The position numbers were made by a program, and so were the translations under genes. The notes under the pieces are model-generated. The model was not told the origin of the DNA. It ran no database searches and saw nothing but the letters and a program-made list of their open reading frames with translations. From the IMG/VR virus record IMGVR_UViG_3300005611_000106, positions 1 through 34,546 of that record: 34,546 nt of DNA; one strand, written 5' to 3'. Shown in pieces: positions 6,177 through 14,474 of the stretch. The stretch is from a virus (Duplodnaviria > Caudoviricetes). Each line of letters opens with the position of its first letter. Position 1 is the first letter of the stretch.

Positions 6177-7722
6177 ATACAACAAACTTTTTACGCATTT
6201 CCATATTGAATGGGGATACGCCAATAGATTGAATAGTCTTTTTAGAACTTACACTTGTGTTTTGAACTACTTGACTCGCATCTGTTGGTGCTATTACTAT
6301 TGGTTTGCTACCAGAAACTAAATCAAAAGAAACTTTTCGCATATTAGTTCCGATTTCTGCTGTAACTGGTGGGGAAACTCCACCAGATTGTGTTTGAGAT
6401 GTTAAAGATGGATATTGTTGTTGGAACTGATCTATTCTTTGATTCAGATCATCAATCTTCTGTTGAAGAACTTGTCTTTCTTTTTGGAGTTGTGCAAGCA
6501 TCCCCATATTTGTATCAATAATCAACTGTTGATCTTCAAATGCTTGATTGTAATCAGCAAACTGGAGTGCTTCAGCGTTTGTCAACGACTGTGGTCCTTG
6601 CACCGCAACTTTTGTTAGCAAGTCTTCATTTTCTACAAATAGTCTTTCTTGTGTCGCTTGTGCATCAGTAATCTCTTGTTGTGCTGCTTGCGACTCAGAT
6701 TGTATTCTATTCCCTTCCTTTTCAAGAATCAATCTTTCGGTTGCCAACTGCCTTCTTTGTTTAAACTCATCAGATGCAGCACCAAGTCCAGTGACATCCA
6801 ATATCGAATCAAATGCATCTACGATTGCGTTTTTGACTGCAATGTATACTTTAGTTGCAAGTTCCCCAAGTGCTTTTAATACAAGGTCAAAGTTATCAAT
6901 AAGTAAATATATGGCAACGCCCAATCCAACAAGTGCACCAACTAATGCTACTTTCGCTATATTACCTAAATTTCCGAAAACTCGTGCAACCCCTCCAAGC
7001 AAACCACCGCCATCTTCCTCTTCTTCCCTACCTTCCCTTACGGGTGCACCTTCTGGCGGTTGTTGTCGATTCCCTTCAGCAATTGTTTCTCTGAGTTGTG
7101 CCGCCTCAAGTTCTCTACGATCTTCTGCTCGATCAAACCGATCTTCCTCTTCAGCAAAACGATCTAAGAGTAAATCTGCGATACCTGAGATTTCACTGTC
7201 GATATGTGAGACTGTAGACTCAAGTGCAAGACCTGTTCGCTGTGGGGGTTCTCTAACAAGTTCTTCTTGTTGTTCAAGGTTTTCTTTTTCTTGCTCTTGA
7301 ACTTCTTGTTCCTTTTCACCCAATCCAAACCGTTGTAAGATTTCTTGCTCTCGTTTTTTTGTATTTTCTTGTTCTTCTGCAAGGCGGTTTGCTTCTATTG
7401 CTTGTAATGCTTCCTTTTCATTTTGAAACTTACCTTCACGCACGGCAATCTGCGCTGCTTCTTTGCGTTGCCGTTGCTCTAAACGTCTCACTCTACGTTG
7501 TTCACGCTTTTCATCACTACGCTCTTTTAACTTGTCAGCGATAAATGTAGCACCGATCCCAACAATAGGATTCTTAGATAATGCACCCGCAATCACACCA
7601 GAAAGGAGGGGCACTCCCTTTTGAACAGTTTCACCAATCCTTTGTAGAACGGTATCTTGTTCTATCTTTCTTTCTGTTTCAGCACGACCTAGTGCTTCTT
7701 GGAATGATTGAGGGAGTGCCAT
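6175..7722 (-). CDS. Tape-measure-like / baseplate hub protein (T4 gp29 analog)
   Basis: 515 aa, almost all helical or coiled coil, with a central hydrophobic Gly/Ala stretch and a C-terminal PIVIAP...VQNTSVS. Lies downstream of gp26/gp51. Confidence 0.7.
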   Translation of the reverse strand: MALPQSFQEALGRAETERKIEQDTVLQRIGETVQKGVPLLSGVIAGALSKNPIVGIGATFIADKLKERSDEKREQRRVRRLEQRQRKEAAQIAVREGKFQNEKEALQAIEANRLAEEQENTKKREQEILQRFGLGEKEQEVQEQEKENLEQQEELVREPPQRTGLALESTVSHIDSEISGIADLLLDRFAEEEDRFDRAEDRRELEAAQLRETIAEGNRQQPPEGAPVREGREEEEDGGGLLGGVARVFGNLGNIAKVALVGALVGLGVAIYLLIDNFDLVLKALGELATKVYIAVKNAIVDAFDSILDVTGLGAASDEFKQRRQLATERLILEKEGNRIQSESQAAQQEITDAQATQERLFVENEDLLTKVAVQGPQSLTNAEALQFADYNQAFEDQQLIIDTNMGMLAQLQKERQVLQQKIDDLNQRIDQFQQQYPSLTSQTQSGGVSPPVTAEIGTNMRKVSFDLVSGSKPIVIAPTDASQVVQNTSVSSKKTIQSIGVSPFNMEMRKKFVV

Positions 7723-7728
7723 ATCTTA

Positions 7729-8061
7729 TTACTCTTTCTTTTTGCTTTTCTGAGATACCGCATCGCTGGCAAAGAATGCGCTGACAAGGACCGCAATTGA
7801 GGCGAAATAAGTGGGTGCGATGTCTGCAATCAATTGTGATGCTGTGTCTAATCCAAATGCGGAAGTCAAAAAGATTCCGATTGGATATAATAGGAGTCCG
7901 AATAATGCGAACCATGCCATGCTACGAATAGCGTCCCGCTGTTGGTCTTGATCCTCAAGTTCTTTACGTTTGAACTCAAGATACATTGCACGTTCTTCTT
8001 CTGTTACAACCCCATCACCATTTGTGTCTGCTGGATGGAATCCTTTTGTTTCTTCTGCCAT
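7729..8061 (-). CDS. Small membrane protein with an EF-hand-like loop and two TM helices (holin-like topology)
   Basis: DTNGDGVVTEEE matches the 12-residue EF-hand loop; two hydrophobic segments; basic C-terminus QKSKKKE; GAGGA RBS. Confidence 0.75.
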   Translation of the reverse strand: MAEETKGFHPADTNGDGVVTEEERAMYLEFKRKELEDQDQQRDAIRSMAWFALFGLLLYPIGIFLTSAFGLDTASQLIADIAPTYFASIAVLVSAFFASDAVSQKSKKKE

Positions 8062-8066
8062 TTGAG

Positions 8067-8246
8067 TTATCCTCTTTGCTTGTGGCGTTCTTCTTCTTTC
8101 TGTAAATAATCAACAAGCATAGCAACGTAGATAATTCTTTCCCACGACATCATATTTTCAATTTCTGTTAGAGAGTATTTGTGATACTGCATCATAGCAA
8201 AATTGACCTGTAACATGTTCGCAAGCGTATCATGTGACAGGCACAC
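8067..8246 (-). CDS. gp51: gp51-like baseplate hub assembly protein (short; probably the -1 frameshift extension of gp26), not in ORF track
   Basis: Own translation: (V)CLSHDTLANMLQVNFAMMQYHKYSLTEIENMMSWERIIYVAMLVDYLQKEEERHKQRG*. This matches the NF.MMQ.HKYSLTE.ENM..WER.IY motif of the short gp51 homologs. Confidence 0.85.
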   Translation of the reverse strand: MCLSHDTLANMLQVNFAMMQYHKYSLTEIENMMSWERIIYVAMLVDYLQKEEERHKQRG

Positions 8247-8269
8247 TAAAAAAAATCAGAAATACCTCT
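8206..8269 (-). promoter_or_regulatory. Putative -1 programmed ribosomal frameshift cassette
   Basis: On the minus strand: AGAGGT (8269-8264), slippery T TTT TTT (8255-8249), TAG, then the stem CCTGTCACATG/CATGTTACAGG (8241-8231 with 8217-8207). Confidence 0.65.
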
Positions 8270-8962
8270 TAGTGTTAGTTTATCTTCTTGTCCACATCCT
8301 GTACATTGGTATGTAACTTCATGCTCAAGTTTAGGCATGGTTTCAAAAAAGTTATTGATTTTCAATAATTGTTCTTGATTTAAATTTTCAACGAACTGTA
8401 TCTTTTCCTCAAAAGATGTAGTAGTGTCATCATAAATCTGTTCTTTATCAAAGATGAAATCTATTGCGTGTGCTATAACAGAGACTACATCCTGTAGAGA
8501 ATCTTTTTTCATCGTTTCCGTATCACCAAATGTTGGGTATTTCATCTTAACTCCAACTTCATCAGTGATCATTATTTTTTCTTCATGATTGTCGTTGAAC
8601 TTCACCTTGACATCTTCCAAGTTTATCGTCACTGGTGTTGATGCATTGCAATCTTCACCATTTCTATTTTTGTTACTTGAGTGTTTATATCTCAGTTCAA
8701 CTTCTTCACCAACAGACTTAGCGCGAATATTCAAAAATAAGTATTCTAAATCAACAGTATTTAAGTCATTGACATCAACACCTTCAACACAGGAATCGAG
8801 TATTTGACTAACCGCCATTGTAATACTTTCTTCATCCATTGCTTCTCTTGCTATTAAGAGAATCTTTTCTTCTTTAACCAAAAATGGTCTAAATGTTACC
8901 GTCTGTTTTGAGACAGGAAGTTCCAATTGAAAATGTGGAACAGTAATATTTGGCAATGCCAT
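8246..8962 (-). CDS. gp26: Baseplate hub assembly chaperone gp26
   Basis: MALP....P.F.L.LP......FRPFLVKEEKILLIA, DLEYLFLNIRAKSVGE, KMKYPT, FFETMPKL.H, CTGC and terminal GISDFF. Confidence 0.92.
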   Translation of the reverse strand: MALPNITVPHFQLELPVSKQTVTFRPFLVKEEKILLIAREAMDEESITMAVSQILDSCVEGVDVNDLNTVDLEYLFLNIRAKSVGEEVELRYKHSSNKNRNGEDCNASTPVTINLEDVKVKFNDNHEEKIMITDEVGVKMKYPTFGDTETMKKDSLQDVVSVIAHAIDFIFDKEQIYDDTTTSFEEKIQFVENLNQEQLLKINNFFETMPKLEHEVTYQCTGCGQEDKLTLRGISDFF

Positions 8963-8974
8963 AATTTAATCACC

Positions 8975-9703
8975 TTAAAATATCTTACTAACAAAGTCTC
9001 TTGATCTAACGTCTATTTCTTCATTTGCGATTTCTCTTGCTTCTCTTTCAAGATTTCCGTTCAGTGCTGCTTTAAACAAAGAAATTAAAGCAGGATTCGT
9101 TTCGCCTATCGTTCCTTTAGGTTTATCTGCAAAAAATCTATATGCAAAAGTTACGTTTACCTTTAAAAAATCATCAGTTCCCCAATCTACACCAACTTCA
9201 CCCACAAATTGAGGAAATGCTTCATATAAAGTTGTTCGATGGGTTTCAAATCCAGACTCATTATATTTTATAATTTGTATTGGATGCGTATAGTCGCTGT
9301 AGTAACCAGTTAAAAATGCTCCGGCATTACCCATCCCGTTTTCTTCTATTCTTGCTGAACCAACTGAAAGGTCTTGCCATTGAAGCATTAACTCTCGCTC
9401 AAACATATTTTGACTGAGTATAAATGTTGCTGTCACTGGTGCTGCATCATAACCGTAAACTCTTTTTGATATTGGTCCAAAATGTTTTATGTCAGTAGTT
9501 AATGGTGCACGACTCGGAAAAGAAATTGAATCACATCTTAAACTTAATACATCTGATGCTCTCGATGTGGGAGAAAGCGATGTCAATACGTTAGGAACAT
9601 CTATCAACACTTCAAAGTGAGAACTTTTTGCTAGTCCACCCTCTCTTGTAAATGAGTTCTGATTTAGAATCTCTGATGTAAAACTATTCAGTCTTATAGG
9701 CAT
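8975..9703 (-). CDS. Tail-tube-fold protein (gp54/gp19-like baseplate tail tube initiator)
   Basis: GGLAK...FEV.I, LRCDSISFPSR, V..TF, W.D, YYSDY, LYEAFP..VGEV..DW, VTFAYR are typical of tube-protein paralogs. Confidence 0.8.
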   Translation of the reverse strand: MPIRLNSFTSEILNQNSFTREGGLAKSSHFEVLIDVPNVLTSLSPTSRASDVLSLRCDSISFPSRAPLTTDIKHFGPISKRVYGYDAAPVTATFILSQNMFERELMLQWQDLSVGSARIEENGMGNAGAFLTGYYSDYTHPIQIIKYNESGFETHRTTLYEAFPQFVGEVGVDWGTDDFLKVNVTFAYRFFADKPKGTIGETNPALISLFKAALNGNLEREAREIANEEIDVRSRDFVSKIF

Positions 9704-10299
9704 TAGACCATTTCCCTACTTTCTTTCCAGACTACAGTCTTGTTCTTCTTCTGGAATCTTTCTACTGGTAAGAACAATGCAATATCCCACTCTGTGGGTT
9801 TCACCTCAAGAAACCGTCCTTGCACTTTACTATCTAAGTAGTGCTTTAGACAAGGTTTAAAATAACGAAACCTCGATGCTCTTTGTAAAATACTATAACT
9901 GATTCTTAATCGTGTCGTCTCATCATACTTGTCGTTGTTCATTGTGTCGTATAGTGCATCCATCAATCTTGCACGAAATACTGGTGGTAGATAGTGTAGG
10001 TTCAAACCATAGAACCCACCCTCTGCTGGACCCACCATAAAAATCAGTGGGAACCTATCGTAGTATGGAAGTTCTCGTTTCCCTTTAGGATCATAGAAAA
10101 AGAAATACATCCTACCAATGCTACTTCTTTCCATCTGAGTTTGCAGTCTGCTCCGATCATCAGGACGCATGACCATATTCGGTGATGTGCGAACTGATTT
10201 TGCCTGATCTCTAAACCACTGCCTTGCTCTTCTAGTTCCTGTTTGGATACTAGCGTCCGATGCTCTTGACAGGATATCATTAAAAACGTATGCTACCAC
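9703..10299 (-). CDS. gp2: DNA end protector protein gp2
   Basis: GRMYFFFYDPK.K..LPYYDRFPL, GFYGLNLHYLPP..R, PCLKHYL, EWDIALFLP.ERF. Confidence 0.95.
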   Translation of the reverse strand: MVAYVFNDILSRASDASIQTGTRRARQWFRDQAKSVRTSPNMVMRPDDRSRLQTQMERSSIGRMYFFFYDPKGKRELPYYDRFPLIFMVGPAEGGFYGLNLHYLPPVFRARLMDALYDTMNNDKYDETTRLRISYSILQRASRFRYFKPCLKHYLDSKVQGRFLEVKPTEWDIALFLPVERFQKKNKTVVWKESREMV

Positions 10300-10733
10300 T
10301 TACCAATTTCCCTTTCCGTCAAGATTTGAAACTCCCATTTCCTATCTGCACAATATTCTTGTGCTGCTGCCCACTTGTGAGTATTTATACCGTAAGTCTT
10401 AACTTCCTCAATATACCGTTGAGTTGTTCGTTTTTTCTTTTCTGGTGGTTTGGTTTGCTTTTCAGGTTTCACTTCAATCATTATCGTTTTCTTTGAACCA
10501 TCTTGCGATACAACCTGAATAATGAAATCTGGAAAATATCTATGGGGTCTTTTGTCGATGGGAGATATATAAGGGATTGCGAGTTCTTCACTTGCCCATT
10601 TTAACACATTTGGATTACGGTCAAAGTAGTTCATACACTTCAACTCCCAAGATGATCTATAAACAACCTTATTGGGATTGCCCATATACTTCTCAGGGTT
10701 CTTAACTTTATATCTTCCTTTGTGATACTTCAT
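10293..10733 (-). CDS. gp4: Head completion nuclease gp4 (TnsA-like fold)
   Basis: KGRY...NPEKY.G.P..VVYRSSWE, WASEE..IPY.SP.D...HRYFPDF, IEVKP..QT, N..KW.AA, F.ILTE. Start reassigned to ATG 10733. Confidence 0.93.
   Translation of the reverse strand: MKYHKGRYKVKNPEKYMGNPNKVVYRSSWELKCMNYFDRNPNVLKWASEELAIPYISPIDKRPHRYFPDFIIQVVSQDGSKKTIMIEVKPEKQTKPPEKKKRTTQRYIEEVKTYGINTHKWAAAQEYCADRKWEFQILTEREIGKW
10382..10389 (-). promoter_or_regulatory. T4 late promoter inside gp4, upstream of gp2
   Basis: The + strand reads TATTTATA, i.e. TATAAATA on the minus strand, about 80 nt before the gp2 start. Confidence 0.6.
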
Positions 10734-10742
10734 AATAATCAG

Positions 10743-10750
10743 TCTAAATA
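10743..10750 (+). promoter_or_regulatory. Variant late promoter for gp48
   Basis: TCTAAATA in the 37-bp divergent gap, followed by a GAGGAG RBS. Confidence 0.55.
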
Positions 10751-10770
10751 GTGGACACGAGGAGAGATGA

Positions 10771-11712
10771 ATGAGTATTCTACCAGTAGTTTTAGCGGGT
10801 GCTTCAATACTAACTAAAGACAATCGAAAAAACGTTGTCGATGTCAATTCCGCAACTAATCCATTGGATAAAACGCCAGTAGGAATTTTACAATATCCAT
10901 CTCATCTTAGAGAGGATAATTTCTACACTATATTTAGGGCGTATGAGAGAACTGCGAATTTCCAAAGGGGTAGGTTGGCAGTATCAGGTCAAAAAGGCAA
11001 CCCACTTGCTCAAATACTATTACCACTTCCACCAAACCTAAGCACTTCATATGGTGTGGTTTATGGAGAAGAACCAATTGGTGCTATAGCAAGTGGAATC
11101 TCTGGAGCAACGAGTGCGTTTAATGCTGCACTAGCAGCAGACGAGTCTATGGATGAAGCATTTGATGCAGCAGCAGGTGCAATTGTAGATTCTGTGACTG
11201 ATGGTAAGGGTTTATCAGCAGATGGTGCTTTAGCACTACTTAAAAATGTGGGCATGGGATTAGCAAGAGAGATTACACCAAACTCTGTTTTTACTGGTTT
11301 AAATCTTGCAAAGAATCCATATCAAGCAATTGTTTTTCAAAATCCAAAGTTTAGAACACACTCATTTGCATACAACTTATTTGCCAGAGACAGACAAGAA
11401 ACAGAAGCGATTAATGATATTATAAAAATATTTAAAGAATATATGTTGCCAGAATTTCCATCAAACACTGGACTGTTCTTTAAATATCCCAAAGTCTTTG
11501 ATATTGAATATCACGTTGGTGGTTCTAACAATGAGTATGTGCATATGATTTCGACATCCGCCTTAACTGATTTTAGTGTGTCATATCACGGTGAGGGAAC
11601 TCCTTCATATTTCAATGATCCAGAAAAACCTAGACCAACAAGTGTAAAGATATCAATGACATTCCAAGAGTTGAATATCATGACAGCAGAGATGGCAAGA
11701 GAAGGATACTAA
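10771..11712 (+). CDS. gp48: Baseplate tail tube cap gp48
   Basis: LQYP, I.LPLP.NL...YGV.Y, NPY...VFQ.P.FRTHSF.Y.L..R...E, F.YP..F.I.Y, ALT..SV.Y, ISMTFQE. Confidence 0.88.
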   Translation: MSILPVVLAGASILTKDNRKNVVDVNSATNPLDKTPVGILQYPSHLREDNFYTIFRAYERTANFQRGRLAVSGQKGNPLAQILLPLPPNLSTSYGVVYGEEPIGAIASGISGATSAFNAALAADESMDEAFDAAAGAIVDSVTDGKGLSADGALALLKNVGMGLAREITPNSVFTGLNLAKNPYQAIVFQNPKFRTHSFAYNLFARDRQETEAINDIIKIFKEYMLPEFPSNTGLFFKYPKVFDIEYHVGGSNNEYVHMISTSALTDFSVSYHGEGTPSYFNDPEKPRPTSVKISMTFQELNIMTAEMAREGY

Positions 11713-11713
11713 T

Positions 11714-12292
11714 ATGGCATACTATTTTAGTCATCTACCAACTATCACATATAACAGTGGTGGTGTGTCTAGTAAGGTAAAAACAAATATTCGGGTTACC
11801 GACATTACAAAAAGATTTCGTATTTCTCAACTTTTAAATAATAGAGAAGTTTTCTACTATGACTATTCCGTTAAAGATGGAGAGCGTCCAGATACGATTG
11901 CACATAAACTTTATGGTGATTCGCGTTTAGATTGGGTTGTGTTATTAGTAAATGAAATACATGACAAGTATTATCAATTTCCTTTATCTACTTCTGAGTT
12001 TGATGAGTTTATTGCTAAACAATATGGAAGTCTTGGTCAAGCACAAAACACAGTTCATCATTATGAGAGAATAATTCAAGCACAACAAACTTTATCGGAT
12101 GGGACTGTTGTGCCAGAAAGAAGACTACAAGTTGACGAAACGACTTACAACAGTTTGTCGGCAACAGATCGTAGATCAGTATCAGTGTATGAACATGAGT
12201 TTAGATCAAATGAAAAGCGAAGAAACATTAAGTTAGTTGACCCTCAGTTTATTCCTTTCATTTTAACTGAAGCAGGAAGATTGTATTCATAA
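11714..12292 (+). CDS. gp53: Baseplate wedge protein gp53 (LysM-like)
   Basis: YFS.LP.I.Y, Y.VKDGERPDTIA.KLYGD....WVVLLVN.I, HHYE, YE.E...NE.RR.IKL. Confidence 0.93.
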   Translation: MAYYFSHLPTITYNSGGVSSKVKTNIRVTDITKRFRISQLLNNREVFYYDYSVKDGERPDTIAHKLYGDSRLDWVVLLVNEIHDKYYQFPLSTSEFDEFIAKQYGSLGQAQNTVHHYERIIQAQQTLSDGTVVPERRLQVDETTYNSLSATDRRSVSVYEHEFRSNEKRRNIKLVDPQFIPFILTEAGRLYS

Positions 12293-13602
12293 TGTTTTTT
12301 GATACCGCAACCGCAGAGTTAACGACAATTGAATTGATTAACAACTCTGGATTAGAAAATCTACAACTACAAGATTCCTATCTTGAGTTTTCTTACTACG
12401 AAGATATTACTATTCCCGCAGTATCATCAAGAATTGTTATGATCGATGCTACTGGTTATCTGAATAGATTCCCAATCCACGGCAACGAAACCTTAAATCT
12501 TAACTTTAAGACTCGTGGATTTGATTATCTTGAAGGCATCGATATAAGAAATATGAAATCATATAATGTCGGTGCTAGAGAATATATTGCAGATAGAACT
12601 ATATCATATCCATTAGAATTTACGACAAAAGTTGCACTTAATGATTCTAAAACAAGTGTTGATGCTTCATACGAAGGTAGAATATCTGACATTGTAGAAA
12701 AGTTAGGTCGACTTGCTGGGTTTGAGTTGCCTTTTGCTATAGAACCAACAGATGGATTGTATCACTACGTTGGAACTGGTGATACTATTTTTGAAACTAT
12801 CAAGAAACTGGCAAAAGAAGCAAAGAGTTTGGTACATCCAACAAGTGCTTATGTATTTTTTCAAGATCGTTTTGGTTATAAGTTTGTTACGCTAAATTCT
12901 TTGTTTGATCAAACTGTTCGTCCAGAAAATGAGTTTTACTATTCATACCAAAGTAGACCGAACAATAATGTTCCACCAAATCAACTTATTCAAAATTTAA
13001 CATTCATAAAAAACTTAGATGTTATTGATGGTATGAGATCAGGATTATTTGGTGGCGAAACCTTATCCATCGACCCGATTAGGAAAGCAACACTTAAAAC
13101 TGAGTTTGATTATTTTAGAAAAGGTTTTAAAGAAACTGAACCTCATTTATCAAAAAGTCGTATTCAAAATCCAATATACAGTTTTGCGATGGACTCTAAG
13201 TTAGCGCATAGTAACTGTATAATATCCGATTTGGAAGATGTAGCACAGAGATCATATATTTCTCAAAATAATGTGCGTGAAAAAATATATGTCAAAACTA
13301 GGCACAAATATATCGACAGGGAAGCATCTCTGTTTGCACAATCGAATACCTATGGACTTGAGATTACTATACCTGGAACTAGCAGTGTTAGAGTTGGTGA
13401 CGTTGTAAAGGTAAATATTCCAGAACCAAGTTCTGCATTAGAAGACGCACAAAGTTTAGATAAATACCTACAAGGAAAATATTTAGTAAGTTCTGCTAGA
13501 CATATCGTTGGTGTTCAAGGTCAATACAGCACCATTTTAAACTTAATCAAAGATAGTTTTGAAAGCGAATTGTTTAGTTTAGAATCAACATTCGGAGATT
13601 AA
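12292..13602 (+). CDS. Baseplate hub protein (gp27/Mu44-like)
   Basis: YEDI, PI.GNE.L.L.F, YVFFQDRFGYKF.TL.SL, ITIPG....VGDVV.V.IP, YL.GKYLV...RH, L.L.KDS. Lies between gp53 and gp5. Confidence 0.8.
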   Translation: MFFDTATAELTTIELINNSGLENLQLQDSYLEFSYYEDITIPAVSSRIVMIDATGYLNRFPIHGNETLNLNFKTRGFDYLEGIDIRNMKSYNVGAREYIADRTISYPLEFTTKVALNDSKTSVDASYEGRISDIVEKLGRLAGFELPFAIEPTDGLYHYVGTGDTIFETIKKLAKEAKSLVHPTSAYVFFQDRFGYKFVTLNSLFDQTVRPENEFYYSYQSRPNNNVPPNQLIQNLTFIKNLDVIDGMRSGLFGGETLSIDPIRKATLKTEFDYFRKGFKETEPHLSKSRIQNPIYSFAMDSKLAHSNCIISDLEDVAQRSYISQNNVREKIYVKTRHKYIDREASLFAQSNTYGLEITIPGTSSVRVGDVVKVNIPEPSSALEDAQSLDKYLQGKYLVSSARHIVGVQGQYSTILNLIKDSFESELFSLESTFGD

Positions 13603-13604
13603 AA

Positions 13605-14474
13605 ATGTTAACCCTCAAAGAGTTCAATGAACTACTCGACTACAAGCAACTCGATGAAAAACTCATTATGTATAATAATGGTGCACGATATGGACAGATC
13701 GTGTTCCTTGCAGGTGGGGCAGGATCGGGTAAAGGATTCGCAATCAAAAACTTCATGGAAGGCGATAAGTTTAAAGTTCGTGATGTTGATGAGTTTAAAT
13801 CAGCATACTTAAAACTCAATGCGATGACGAATCGATACCCAGAACTCAAGGGTATGGACCTTAGAAATCGTGAAGATGTATTCAAACTTCATGCTTTTGT
13901 AAAACGCAAGGGTATCAAAGATAATACTTTGAATATGTTGTTGAACGATCTCAAGCAAATGGGTTCTGCACAGAAAGGCACACTTCCAAATATTCTATTT
14001 GATATCACACTCAAAGAAGTTGCAGACGTTACAGATGTCCTTCCTTTGTTGAGAGAAGTTGGATATCAACCCAATAATATTCACTTAACTTGGGTATTAA
14101 CAAACTTTAAAACTGCTATCGTCAACAACCGCGAAAGGTCTCGCGTTGTGCCAGAAGACATTCTATTAGGCACACACGAAGGTGCGAGAGACTCAATGAT
14201 CGGATTTATCAAAGGTGGCACACCTCGTGGTGTTAATGGTCAGGTCAATGTGATTTTGAACAATCCAGACCTCACCGTCCCATACGTTGGTAAGGATGGA
14301 AAACCAATCAAAACAACTCGCACTAAGAAAGTTGTGATCAAAGATTTTACATACCTCCGAATGAAGAAAGAAGGCAAACCTTTTGAGAAGGATGCGAGTA
14401 TCAAACGTCAGGTGTTTGAGTGGATTAAGTCCAATACACCTGGCGGTGAGTTAATGACACTGGATGCTGATTAA
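13605..14474 (+). CDS. P-loop kinase-like NTPase (zeta-toxin/AAA_33-like)
   Basis: Walker A IVFLAGGAGSGKG, DVDEF, NILFDIT, and lid motif N..R.RVVPE.IL..TH. Confidence 0.8.
   Translation: MLTLKEFNELLDYKQLDEKLIMYNNGARYGQIVFLAGGAGSGKGFAIKNFMEGDKFKVRDVDEFKSAYLKLNAMTNRYPELKGMDLRNREDVFKLHAFVKRKGIKDNTLNMLLNDLKQMGSAQKGTLPNILFDITLKEVADVTDVLPLLREVGYQPNNIHLTWVLTNFKTAIVNNRERSRVVPEDILLGTHEGARDSMIGFIKGGTPRGVNGQVNVILNNPDLTVPYVGKDGKPIKTTRTKKVVIKDFTYLRMKKEGKPFEKDASIKRQVFEWIKSNTPGGELMTLDAD

Noticed and set aside
8190-8248. TAG read-through or stop-codon reassignment at the end of gp26
   Set aside because: In-frame read-through gives only a short peptide ending in TGA, not gp51. Other genes translate intact with the standard code.
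10293-10733. TnsA-like nuclease as a transposon or homing endonuclease
   Set aside because: It is the core head-completion gene gp4 in its normal position next to gp2.
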